Source of the DNA: an uncultured Leptospirales bacterium
GTDB lineage: Bacteria; Spirochaetota; UBA4802; JAFGJZ01
Direction: 5' to 3'
Assembly (NCBI GenBank): GCA_964484915.1
Contig: CAZAHA010000003.1
Location: 1 to 37,736 of the forward strand
DNA length: 37,736 nt
Below, in pieces: positions 17,324-26,569 of the stretch; the stretch's first letter is position 1, and every line of letters begins with the position of its first letter. The notes beneath the pieces are model-generated. The model was not told the origin of the DNA, searched no databases, and worked only from the letters and a program-made list of their open reading frames with translations. Made by a program: the position numbers and the translations under genes.

Positions 17324-18625
17324 TCAGTATTTTGCCGTTCCCGTTAAGGAAACGGTATATATCATCATCTCGAGTTCTTGAATGGAACTGCTGCCTGAGT
17401 ATACCTGCGCTTCACCCTCTTTGAGGAAGTCCCATCCGAAATAATTGGAAGACTGGTACATACCAGACAGCGTAATGGCGGAATTTCGTGTCTCCCAACT
17501 GACACTGCTGGTAAAACCAAGGAGATTGACATGCGCTTCCTGGTCTTGTTTCCCTTTTTCAAGCTCCGGAGTGTTGGCGACATTGGAAAAGATGCCAACA
17601 CGAACAGGAAAGGAGCTTGTCACATAGTATTCTGTTCCTATGGCTCCGTTTATGGTATGTTCAGCGCTGCTCTGATAATTTTGCGTGCCTATATGTGCGA
17701 TAATATCGGCAGAAACAATGAGTTTCTTCGACGGATACCATGCAATGCCGGTTCTGAATATGGTGGGAACGGTACTGTCATTATACGATACACTGCTCCG
17801 TGCCGTGCCGGACGTTTCTTCGCCGTCGGTATTTGTCTGTCCCAGAACCTGACCACCCTCGAACTCCTTGTAGAATCGCTGAACATCCCGTTCATGGGAA
17901 AAGATAAATCCGAGCATTGCGCTTGCTCCGATGGAAATATACTGGTTTGGCATAAACTGAACACCGATCACGGGCCTGACACCGTACATTTCCTCGGTAA
18001 TATAGATGTTATTGATTTCGTACAGTTCGTTTCCTGAATCGGTTTCGGCAGTGACCATCTGAAACGATATTTCCTGTCTTGACCGCCGGAGACCGTACAG
18101 CGTGGCGCCAACAGACACCGTGTCGGTGATAAACGTGGAAATTGACGGCCCCGCAAGCAGTGTGTTTTCAGTAATGTTGTAGTTCATGGTGAACGTTGCC
18201 GGATTATCGCTTATCGTCAGATCGTTGAAATAGCTGTCCTGGTCGAGGATCTCGTTGTTGAGGTTGACAAAGCTGAAGCCGATCTTGATGTTTCCAAAAC
18301 TCTGCACGACACCGAAGAAGCTGGGATAGAATGAGGAGACATCCTGTACATAGTCGTCCTTTCCGATAACTTTCTTAAACCGTGATTGCTTCTGTTTATA
18401 GCTGTTTACAGAAAGTGATAACTGGTTGTCCGGTGCAAAAACGGAACCCGCCGGATTATAGTAGAGACCGGCCGGATCATCCGATATGGCGGTATAGGCA
18501 CCGCCCATTCCGCTTGCCCTTCCGCCAACCATGTCGTTCATGTAGTTGAAGTTTGATGTTGATAGTCCTTCTGCGAACAGCGATCCGCAGTACATTATCA
18601 TAGTCAGGATCAATGTCTTTTTCAT
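17324..18625 (-). CDS. Outer-membrane beta-barrel protein, FadL/TodX-like
   Basis: 433 aa. It has the signal peptide 'MKKTLILTMIMYCGSLFAEG' and the N-terminal motif 'GGRASGMGGAYTAISDDPAGLYYNPAGS', typical of FadL-type and related barrels. The sequence is aromatic-rich and alternating, with a terminal 'AKY'. Confidence 0.7.
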   Translation of the reverse strand: MKKTLILTMIMYCGSLFAEGLSTSNFNYMNDMVGGRASGMGGAYTAISDDPAGLYYNPAGSVFAPDNQLSLSVNSYKQKQSRFKKVIGKDDYVQDVSSFYPSFFGVVQSFGNIKIGFSFVNLNNEILDQDSYFNDLTISDNPATFTMNYNITENTLLAGPSISTFITDTVSVGATLYGLRRSRQEISFQMVTAETDSGNELYEINNIYITEEMYGVRPVIGVQFMPNQYISIGASAMLGFIFSHERDVQRFYKEFEGGQVLGQTNTDGEETSGTARSSVSYNDSTVPTIFRTGIAWYPSKKLIVSADIIAHIGTQNYQSSAEHTINGAIGTEYYVTSSFPVRVGIFSNVANTPELEKGKQDQEAHVNLLGFTSSVSWETRNSAITLSGMYQSSNYFGWDFLKEGEAQVYSGSSSIQELEMMIYTVSLTGTAKY

Positions 18626-18637
18626 ATACCCTCTGCC

Positions 18638-19483
18638 TTACTGTATGCTTTTCATGTTCTGTTGAAACCGCCAGGTTACCAGTGCACGGTTCTGCGTGCT
18701 GATGTTCTGTTTATTCATGTACTGCTGAATGTGCCGTATCCTGTCCGCGTTTGGCGGATGAGTATGATAGACCTCGATTGCGCTATGAGACCGCTTATAG
18801 GTATCGATAGTCTGCAGAAACGATACAAGCGCCGCCTGATTGTATCCGGTAGCGTCCAGATAATTGACTGCGGAACGGTCCGCTTCATACTCGTCCTGGA
18901 TCATGTAGCCTTTTTTAAAGAGGAGGTCTGATGCGCTTGAGACAGTCTCGTTCAGTGCGGATGACACGAGAGTTCCCTGCGATACAAGCAGCGTTGAGAA
19001 CAAAGCGGTCGCTCCGGTTTCACGGGGCGGTGGCAGCTGTTTCATGATGTGTTTGTTGTTCACATGACCGATCTCGTGTGCAAGAACCGCTGCAAGCTGC
19101 GCTTCGTTGTCCATCTGCTTGAGTGCGCCCTTGGTTATATAGATATATCCTCCGGGTGCGGCAAATGCATTAACCGCGTCCGTATCGAGTATGGCAAAAT
19201 GGTACTCCAGCTCGGGACGACCGGCAAAGAGCGCGACACTCTTGCCTACTTTATTTACATACAGGGTCGCATTTTCGTTCCGGTATAGCGGGTACCGTGT
19301 CAGTATCTTCTTGGACAGCAGGCGGCCATACTGTATCTCACGGATAACTTCACGCCGAAGCTCTTCCTGCCGCCGCTCTTCCGGCGTGGTGGAGCATCCG
19401 GCAAGGAGGAGAAGCATCACTGCGGCGGTAGTGATAGTTATCGATGTCTTTATCAAGATATTTCTCCGTTGCTGTACGGTCAC
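18638..19483 (-). CDS. M48-family zinc metallopeptidase lipoprotein
   Basis: It has the lipobox 'LLLLAGCST', the 'AHEIGHVNNKH' HExxH motif, and a downstream 'HPPNADR' as in M48 BepA/LoiP-type enzymes. Confidence 0.8.
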   Translation of the reverse strand: MTVQQRRNILIKTSITITTAAVMLLLLAGCSTTPEERRQEELRREVIREIQYGRLLSKKILTRYPLYRNENATLYVNKVGKSVALFAGRPELEYHFAILDTDAVNAFAAPGGYIYITKGALKQMDNEAQLAAVLAHEIGHVNNKHIMKQLPPPRETGATALFSTLLVSQGTLVSSALNETVSSASDLLFKKGYMIQDEYEADRSAVNYLDATGYNQAALVSFLQTIDTYKRSHSAIEVYHTHPPNADRIRHIQQYMNKQNISTQNRALVTWRFQQNMKSIQ

Positions 19484-19974
19484 TGTACGTTTCCGCTTTC
19501 CAAAAAGCGTATCAGCTCGTCTTCAGTTACGTCGATACTCTCAACGTCTTCCATGTCCTGCGGATTAAAGCTCATTCTGTCGCCTGACAGGCGTGTTCGT
19601 GAAGCCGCATTCTCGTTCTCGGCAAGAAGGCCGCGTGCTGATGCTGCTGTAACATCAGAAGATGCCCGTTCACGCGCATGAATTCGCTCTGTCTTGGTTT
19701 TGTTGCCAAGAATGGATATCGAACCAGCCGGACGCGTCTCCTTTACGAAGAGTGACTGTACCCATCCGTTTCCGCCAGAAGATGAAACATAGAGCCAGTT
19801 GCCTTCCTTTTTCTGCACTTGAACGGAATCCCCTCTTCGCATGGTAGTCACGACCTGGGCATTCTTGGCGGGACTGCTGTACAGCTTGACCTTCAATGAC
19901 GAAACGTACAGCGTTTCCGCGGAAAGTGCAAGAGAAAGTGCAATCACGATTGCTGCCACTAATAATCTCTTCAT
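19480..19974 (-). CDS. Secreted bacterial SH3 (SH3b) domain protein
   Basis: A signal peptide is followed by 'LKVKLYSSPAKNAQVVTTMRRGDSVQVQKKEGNWLYVSSSGGNGWVQSLFV', an SH3_3-like pattern. It overlaps the M48 gene by 4 nt. Confidence 0.65.
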   Translation of the reverse strand: MKRLLVAAIVIALSLALSAETLYVSSLKVKLYSSPAKNAQVVTTMRRGDSVQVQKKEGNWLYVSSSGGNGWVQSLFVKETRPAGSISILGNKTKTERIHARERASSDVTAASARGLLAENENAASRTRLSGDRMSFNPQDMEDVESIDVTEDELIRFLESGNVQ

Positions 19975-19986
19975 AATAAACTCCTT

Positions 19987-22236
19987 CTATTTATGTGTCC
20001 TGGTAAAGGCGCCGTCCCAGTCTTCAGGCGGACCATTCCGTTTGTAGTAGTTGCATCTTGCGATAAGCATACTGACTGCCTTGTCCTTCTGCGCCCCCTT
20101 TGCCTTGAGAGACTGCCGGAAGAACTTGACAGCGCCTGTCCAATCCCTGTTCTGATACAGGTTAAAACCCTGTTCATAGAGCTCAGAATATTCAACAATC
20201 TCGCGGGGAGCTTCGCCCTTTCTTGATATGAGCTCGTAAATGTCAACGGGCTTCAGTTTCCCCTTGACTCTGACACGGTCGATCCTTCGCATAAACATCT
20301 CGTCCCCGGCCTCTCCGGCCGTGGACTCGCTGACAAGCGTCGTCACACCATAATCCTTTCCAGCCGCCTCCAGGCGTGACGCAAGGTTTACGGTGTCTCC
20401 CATCATTGTATACGATGCAAGCTGTTCGGTACCCATGAAACCTACCTTCGCGATTCCGGTATTAAGGCCGATCCTGAAAAGCATCGATTGCGCTTCCTTA
20501 CAGTATGCATTGTCGCGTACCCATTTTTCATGCAGGACTTTAAGCTGGTTGTGCATGTCGAGCGATGCCCTGCAGGCGTGCAGTGCTGTGCCTTCGATTT
20601 CAACCGGAGCGCCGAAGATACCTACTATAGCATCGCCGATATACTTGTCAAGCGTACCGTAGTGTTGCTTGAGCACAACTGTCATTGCAGAAAGATATTC
20701 GTTCAATAGCGCCGCGAGCTCGGCGCTGGTAAGCTTTTCGCTGATGGTTGAGAAGGAGGCGACATCCGAAAAAAACGCGGTAATATATTTTTCGCCGCCT
20801 TTTTTCAGCGAATCAAGGTCGTTCAGCGCTTCGTGAACGATCGCGGGGTCAATCATGTTTCCAAGAATCCGGCTGTACTTTCTGCGCTCTGCACCTTCTG
20901 TAAAACTGAGGAACATGTAGGAGCCTGTTGTTGCAATTATACCCGTAGACAGCGTAAAAAATGTATGAAGCAGATAGTTCGTCATGGAGAAGACGATAAA
21001 CGTGACGACGGCATATACCGTGTAGATAGCAACGTTCGATGCAATCTTTATGAAGGGATGCTGGCTGAAAACGACCAGGTAGACGGTAATGACCATGAGC
21101 AGGAGGGACGTCAACAGGGCTGCGAAGGAATGAACCTGGGTTATATGGTTGTCCTGAAGCAGATTGCTTATCATGTTTGCGTGTATTTCCGGTCCCGGAG
21201 TCCGTTCATCGATCGGTGTTGTCTTCAAATCCTGGCCGCCGATCGCCGAGACACCGATTATGACGATCTTGTCGTCAAAGAATTCCGGCGCGAGGGTCAC
21301 ATTTTCCGAATCACCGGAAAAATAGCTGATTGCGGACTCGAGCACGATACTCATCGAATAGTCTGGTATTCTTTCTTTTACATGATAGTTGATCAGGTAT
21401 TCCTTCTCCTTGCTAAGCGGAATGCGGTGTTTACCCGCTTTCAATGTCTGTTTACCTACCGCTTCTACAACATTGCCAAGATTTTGATGGGCCAGAACCG
21501 CGGAAAGTGCGAGTGACGGGTAGTCCCTGTCGTTATATCGGTGAAGCGCCTTTACGCGGCGATAGACGCCGTCCGCATCGGGTGACGAGAGCGCAATGGA
21601 TAAACCCGCGCATATCGGCTGTGCGTCCTCCGTTGCATACTGGGGTGTGTCGCATGGCACGTCTGCACGAAGGCAGGCAAGTGGCATCTCATATTCGTTA
21701 TGGACGTCATGTGTGAAGTTGAGCATGTCACCATTCTCAATCGTGAGGGCGAAGTTCTGGACTACGTCGTCTGGCAGATATATAATCTTGTCGGTCTCGT
21801 CATTGTGCTGGAAGAAGACATTATGGAAAACGTTTCCGTTTTCGGCTATCGCCTGGGCAAAGAGCGGATCATTCTGGTCGTCTGTCTTGTCGCGTGAGGC
21901 GAACATGATGTCCATAAAGATAGCCTTGGGGCCGTTGCTCTCGTTGAGGTAGATGAGAAGGTCGTGGTAAATGTTTCGGGGCCACGGCCAGCGGCCGAAT
22001 CCGAGTTCTTCCCCCAGAACCATGGCGTTTTGGTCGATCAGGATCAACAGTACATCATCGTGCGGCATTTTAATCTTTCCGCCGATGTTCGAGACCATGA
22101 AATCGAAGGTCTTATTGTACATATACTTTCCCAGCAAAAGTTGGAGCGGAATGATCAGAAGCGTCAGGATAAAAATCATCAACACGAAGGATTTTAGTTT
22201 GCTGAAACCGTTGGAACTTTGCTTAGACTTCATCAT
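19987..22236 (-). CDS. CHASE2-domain membrane adenylate/guanylate cyclase (class III)
   Basis: 749 aa. An N-terminal TM helix and a periplasmic CHASE2-like region are followed by three TM helices. The cyclase core reads 'ITAFFSDVASFSTISE...YIGDAIVGIFGAP...RIGLNTGIAKVGFMG...YTMMGDTVNLASRLE'. A GGAGAG SD precedes the ATG. Confidence 0.85.
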   Translation of the reverse strand: MMKSKQSSNGFSKLKSFVLMIFILTLLIIPLQLLLGKYMYNKTFDFMVSNIGGKIKMPHDDVLLILIDQNAMVLGEELGFGRWPWPRNIYHDLLIYLNESNGPKAIFMDIMFASRDKTDDQNDPLFAQAIAENGNVFHNVFFQHNDETDKIIYLPDDVVQNFALTIENGDMLNFTHDVHNEYEMPLACLRADVPCDTPQYATEDAQPICAGLSIALSSPDADGVYRRVKALHRYNDRDYPSLALSAVLAHQNLGNVVEAVGKQTLKAGKHRIPLSKEKEYLINYHVKERIPDYSMSIVLESAISYFSGDSENVTLAPEFFDDKIVIIGVSAIGGQDLKTTPIDERTPGPEIHANMISNLLQDNHITQVHSFAALLTSLLLMVITVYLVVFSQHPFIKIASNVAIYTVYAVVTFIVFSMTNYLLHTFFTLSTGIIATTGSYMFLSFTEGAERRKYSRILGNMIDPAIVHEALNDLDSLKKGGEKYITAFFSDVASFSTISEKLTSAELAALLNEYLSAMTVVLKQHYGTLDKYIGDAIVGIFGAPVEIEGTALHACRASLDMHNQLKVLHEKWVRDNAYCKEAQSMLFRIGLNTGIAKVGFMGTEQLASYTMMGDTVNLASRLEAAGKDYGVTTLVSESTAGEAGDEMFMRRIDRVRVKGKLKPVDIYELISRKGEAPREIVEYSELYEQGFNLYQNRDWTGAVKFFRQSLKAKGAQKDKAVSMLIARCNYYKRNGPPEDWDGAFTRTHK

Positions 22237-22477
22237 TACTCTCCGGTGCTATTCCCGCAGTGTGCCAAAAACAGCGGATTCATGAGGGCCTGCCGATAAA
22301 GCAATACGGCTATGGCGTAGTCATACGGTATGATATTCATATAACAATTTCAATTGTTTTTTTATTTTCGTCACAGACTATTGTTTTCCCCGCAGCACAG
22401 CTCGGTATATGTCGAGTGCCGGCAGCATGAGCGGTTATGCCGTAATTGCTTGACTAATCTACCATAGTCTCAATCCT

Positions 22478-22486
22478 TGATATAAT
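22478..22486 (+). promoter_or_regulatory. Extended -10 element upstream of ribBA
   Basis: TGATATAAT lies 37 nt upstream of the ATG. No good -35 at 17 nt; TTGACT at 22450-22455 is 25 nt away. Confidence 0.4.
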
Positions 22487-22522
22487 GCGGGAAATTTCCG
22501 TACTTTTATTTGGAAAACTGTT

Positions 22523-23746
22523 ATGAAATGCTCAAGCGTTAAGAATATAATCAGAGAGTTCCGCTCCGGAAAAATGATAATCATGGTTGACGACGAGTCC
22601 AGGGAAAACGAGGGCGATGTTGTCATCGCTGCCGAACACTGTACTCCGGAAGCAATCAACTTCATGATTCGGGAAGCACGCGGTCTGGTGTGCGTTCCTC
22701 TTGCTCGTTCAATTATCGACAAGATAGGACTGAAACTGATGTGTCCCGAAAACAGTGAGAAGTTCTCGACGGCGTTTACCATCTCCGTGGACGCCAAGGT
22801 CGGTACAACTACCGGCATATCCGCCCATGAACGAAACACGACGGTTCATACGCTCATACGTGATGATGCCACCCTCGATGACTTTGACCAGCCAGGCCAT
22901 ATCTTTCCGCTTATTTCACGGGAAGGTGGCGTTCTCGTCCGTGCGGGACACACAGAGGGAAGCGTTGATCTGGCGGAGCTTGCCGGGCTCAAGGGTGCTG
23001 CTGTTATCTGTGAAATAGTCAAGGATGACGGTACGATGGCCCGCCAGAGTGATATCGAGGAATTTGCACAGCGGCACAACCTCAGTATCGTCGCCGTCTC
23101 GGACATCATTCGGTACCGCCACGAAAACGAACAGCTCGTGCGGAAGATTGCCGAGGCTAACATGCCGACCGATTACGGAATATTCCGGATACATGCGTAC
23201 GAATCCGATGTTGACAAACAGGTGCACATCGTGCTGGTTAAGGGCAGGATAGATCCTGCGCGTCCCCTGCTTTTGCGGGTTCATTCGGAGTGCCTGACCG
23301 GCGATGTCTTTGCCTCCCGCAGGTGTGACTGCGGTTCACAACTCCACCATGCCATGCAGATGATAGAGGCAGAGGGATGCGGTGCGGTGCTTTACATGCG
23401 CCAGGAGGGACGCGGTATCGGTATCGGGAACAAGCTGAAGGCGTATCATCTGCAGGATCACGGTTTTGATACGGTTGAGGCCAATCTCAAGCTTGGGTTT
23501 CCGCCGGATCTTCGTGATTACGGCATCGGCGCGCAGATACTGTCTGACCTTGGCATACAAAAAATCAGGCTTTTAACAAATAATCCCAAGAAGATAATCG
23601 GACTTGAGGGATATGGCCTCGAAGTCGTGGAGCGAGTTCCCATTGAGATTCCCCCTGTTACAGAAAACTATGAGTATTTGAAGACCAAGAAGGACAAGAT
23701 GGACCATCTGTTCAGGGAGTCGTTCTTCGGCGAGGAAAAAAAGTGA
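22523..23746 (+). CDS. ribBA: Bifunctional 3,4-dihydroxy-2-butanone-4-phosphate synthase / GTP cyclohydrolase II
   Basis: '[18 protein letters not shown]' is the RibB motif. '[23 protein letters not shown]' is the RibA zinc site. Confidence 0.93.
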   Translation: MKCSSVKNIIREFRSGKMIIMVDDESRENEGDVVIAAEHCTPEAINFMIREARGLVCVPLARSIIDKIGLKLMCPENSEKFSTAFTISVDAKVGTTTGISAHERNTTVHTLIRDDATLDDFDQPGHIFPLISREGGVLVRAGHTEGSVDLAELAGLKGAAVICEIVKDDGTMARQSDIEEFAQRHNLSIVAVSDIIRYRHENEQLVRKIAEANMPTDYGIFRIHAYESDVDKQVHIVLVKGRIDPARPLLLRVHSECLTGDVFASRRCDCGSQLHHAMQMIEAEGCGAVLYMRQEGRGIGIGNKLKAYHLQDHGFDTVEANLKLGFPPDLRDYGIGAQILSDLGIQKIRLLTNNPKKIIGLEGYGLEVVERVPIEIPPVTENYEYLKTKKDKMDHLFRESFFGEEKK

Positions 23747-24675
23747 GCGGTTCTGCTGTAGCCAAAACCAGCTACACGATCATCGTTGTCGACGACGATG
23801 AGATGGTGCGGTATACGCTGCGCAAGAAACTGTCGCGTTTCGGGTACAGGGTCGTATCGCTCGATAAGGGTGAGGATGCGCTCTATATCCTGAAAAACGA
23901 TATGGAGCCGGTCGACTGTATCATTACGGACATAAACCTGCGCAAGATGGACGGAATCGAGCTTTTACGCCATGTTAATGCGCTGGACAATCCGATACCC
24001 GTACTTCTCATCGGGCAGGGCAATGTCGAAGACGCGATCAAGGCGCTCCGGTACGGAGCGTGCGATTTTATGAAAAAACCTGTTGATATAAATCAGCTGG
24101 CATCAAAAATCAGGTCAGTGCTCAAGGTGCGTGAGGAGGAGCGCCGTGCCATATCACTTGGACGGTTCTGTCTCAGGGAGAACCGCGTGCTGCTTCTGCC
24201 CTCAGAACCTGAACTTGGAAATCTGATCGCATATGAGCTTACGAAAAACCTTGTAGGTATCGGCTTGTGCAATCAGGTTACCGCAGACAACATATTGATG
24301 TCGCTTCGTGAAGCGTTGTCCAACGCGATGTTCCATGGAAACCTTGAGGTGAGTTCCGATATCCGTCAGAAGGACCGGGGCACCAAGGATTTCAACAGCG
24401 AGATCGAAAAGCGTCAGCGGATAGAGCCGTACGGAAGCCGCAGGGTCCGTCTTGAGTATGAGTTGACGCCTGAATACGTTGAATATGTCATAGAAGACGA
24501 AGGTCCCGGTTTTGATTTTGCCTCTCTTCCCGATCCGAACGATCCCATGAATTTCTTCAAGAAGAGCGGCCGGGGTATACTCATCATCAAGATACACATG
24601 GATGAAGTCGAATGGAACGAGCGCGGTAACCGGCTTCGTATCAGAAAATACAGGGTGGACACTGCCGAGCAGTAA
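23743..24675 (+). CDS. Response-regulator receiver fused to an RsbW/SpoIIAB-like HATPase_c_2 domain
   Basis: The receiver is canonical ('IIVVDDDE', '[13 protein letters not shown]', 'DFMKKP'). The C-terminal '[13 protein letters not shown]...[11 protein letters not shown]...[14 protein letters not shown]' is the anti-sigma-kinase-type ATPase fold. The GTG start overlaps the ribBA stop. Confidence 0.75.
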   Translation: MSGSAVAKTSYTIIVVDDDEMVRYTLRKKLSRFGYRVVSLDKGEDALYILKNDMEPVDCIITDINLRKMDGIELLRHVNALDNPIPVLLIGQGNVEDAIKALRYGACDFMKKPVDINQLASKIRSVLKVREEERRAISLGRFCLRENRVLLLPSEPELGNLIAYELTKNLVGIGLCNQVTADNILMSLREALSNAMFHGNLEVSSDIRQKDRGTKDFNSEIEKRQRIEPYGSRRVRLEYELTPEYVEYVIEDEGPGFDFASLPDPNDPMNFFKKSGRGILIIKIHMDEVEWNERGNRLRIRKYRVDTAEQ

Positions 24676-24719
24676 GCTGTCACAAGTACGCGACATTATA
24701 TGAGTAAAGGAACTGTCAC

Positions 24720-25760
24720 ATGGACGCCATAAAGTGGAAGAATGATCATATATCGGTAATAGACGCAATAATGCTCCCCGAGCAGGAGTATTTTCACAAA
24801 TACATCAATTTCAGGGAGATCGGTGCGGCGATCGAAGAGAACATTATTTACGGCTACGGTATACGGGCCATCGCGATCGCCATGGCGCTTGCGCTTACTG
24901 CGGAGCGGAATGTAACGCTCTCTCTGGACAAATACAGGGAAATCCTGACATTTTCGGTCGATTATTTTGAAAAGATAACCGGTACAAGCGCCCTCTACCG
25001 TACGCTCTTTCACACGCTTCGCGATGTTATCCAAAACGGTACTGACAACAGCACAATGGTACGCCTTTTCAAGGAAGAGTCGATTAACCGCTTTAATCAG
25101 CAGACCGATGCCGTTAAGAAGATTGCCCGGAACGGTGTAAAGTTTATTAATAACGGCGATTCGATTCTTCTTTTCTCGGCGGCGGGAAGCTCGCTGGCGA
25201 CGGCGGGCGGCGGTCTCGTGACGTCCATTTTGAGTGAAGCGTCCAAACACAATCAGGAATTCACCGTATACGTTGCCGAGAGCCGACCGGATTTTTCCGG
25301 TTCGCGGATCATGGCCTGGGAGATGGTACGGCATGGCTTTTCCGTAACGGTTATCCCGGATATCCAGATCCGTCAGGCGCTTCATTCAGGTGAAATAAAC
25401 AAGGTCATGCTCGCGGCCGATGCCGTACACGCGGACGGCCTGTTTGTCGGACGGAGCGGGATAGGCATGGTTGCAGAGTGCGCGTATAATGCTGAGGTTC
25501 CGGTATACGCGGTATGCCCGTCATACTTCTTTGACGAGAGCACAACACCGGGAACGAGTATGGAAAACCGTGCGCCCATTACCCAGGTTGCTTTTGTAAA
25601 AAACACCGTAACCGTACCAGAAGGCGTATCGATTCGGAATTTCAACACGGAGACCATCCCTCCGCGCTATATTACTGCACTTATCTCCGATTCTGCCGTT
25701 ATTGACAATGTCGAAAACAGACTGACTTCACTTTTTGCAGGAGAGGCTGTCCGCGGCTGA
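24720..25760 (+). CDS. Divergent eIF-2B alpha/beta/delta family protein (MtnA / R15P-isomerase-like)
   Basis: 'IKWKNDHISVIDAIMLPEQEYF' and 'AADAVHADG...VPVYAVCPSYFFD' are collinear with MtnA-family motifs, but conserved catalytic motifs are altered (see findings). Confidence 0.65.
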   Translation: MDAIKWKNDHISVIDAIMLPEQEYFHKYINFREIGAAIEENIIYGYGIRAIAIAMALALTAERNVTLSLDKYREILTFSVDYFEKITGTSALYRTLFHTLRDVIQNGTDNSTMVRLFKEESINRFNQQTDAVKKIARNGVKFINNGDSILLFSAAGSSLATAGGGLVTSILSEASKHNQEFTVYVAESRPDFSGSRIMAWEMVRHGFSVTVIPDIQIRQALHSGEINKVMLAADAVHADGLFVGRSGIGMVAECAYNAEVPVYAVCPSYFFDESTTPGTSMENRAPITQVAFVKNTVTVPEGVSIRNFNTETIPPRYITALISDSAVIDNVENRLTSLFAGEAVRG

Positions 25761-25798
25761 CAGAGTGATTCCACAGGGATAACCTTGGTAAACGGCAC

Positions 25799-26569
25799 CT
25801 ACATGAAGATGCCGCTGTAGATGACGAGGATGTCCGTTCCCCAGAGAAGGGCAATCAGGAAGCCTGTACTCAGAAAGGGACCAAAAGGTATGCGAATACG
25901 CATACCTTTTCCTGATGCAACAGCGTATGCAATACCGTACAGAGATCCGGTTATGAGCGCGGCTTCCAGTACAACGACACTCAGGGGAAAGCCGAAGAAA
26001 AGACCGATGACGGCACCGTATTTGACATCGCCCCCGCCGAACGCACCGGGAAACACAAACAGTATCAACAGAAACACACCGCCCAGAAAGAGAAGACCAT
26101 ACAGATTGTTCATCGACAAGCCTGCATGGATTCTTGACGCCAGGACCCAGACGGCCATCAAGGCAAGATAGGTGTCCGGTATGATCATGCACCTGATATC
26201 GGTATATGAAATGTACAGAACTGATGATATGATGAAGAAGAGCGAGATCGACTGGAGTGTCACACCCATGGCAGAATAGATGATGAGTGCGCAGGCGCCT
26301 GAAGCGGCTTCCGCTACCGGGTACCGTATGGAAAGTGTGCTGTTGCAGTGTCTGCATCTGCCGCCGTTTCGTACATAGGACAGAAACGGTATCAAATCGC
26401 CGGCGGCAAGCCGTGTTTCGCAGTATTCGCAGTGTGAACGTTCAAACAGAAGGGCGGCGGGCGACGTACGATAGCGCTCCAGACATGAACGGTCGCTTAT
26501 TAATAGGAAGAAACTGCCGAAAACGGCCCCGGCTGCAAAAATGCTGAGTGAGAGAATCGTCTCCATCAT
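25799..26569 (-). CDS. Prepilin peptidase (A24 family, PilD-like)
   Basis: 'CEYCETRL...IPFLSYVRNGGRCRHCNSTLSIRYP' is the Cys-box. 'GGGDVKYGAVIGLFFG' is the catalytic Asp motif. The protein has multiple TM helices. Confidence 0.85.
   Translation of the reverse strand: MMETILSLSIFAAGAVFGSFFLLISDRSCLERYRTSPAALLFERSHCEYCETRLAAGDLIPFLSYVRNGGRCRHCNSTLSIRYPVAEAASGACALIIYSAMGVTLQSISLFFIISSVLYISYTDIRCMIIPDTYLALMAVWVLASRIHAGLSMNNLYGLLFLGGVFLLILFVFPGAFGGGDVKYGAVIGLFFGFPLSVVVLEAALITGSLYGIAYAVASGKGMRIRIPFGPFLSTGFLIALLWGTDILVIYSGIFM

Noticed and set aside
22237-22522. An FMN (RFN) riboswitch expected upstream of ribBA.
   Set aside because: Reading the 286-nt region, I found none of the conserved RFN blocks (for example the GGGGCGGGGTGAAATTCCC-type or GGATGGGAGA-type elements). 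It holds only an AT-rich palindrome (ACAATTTCAATTGT) and an extended -10 element. A cmsearch would be needed to be certain.
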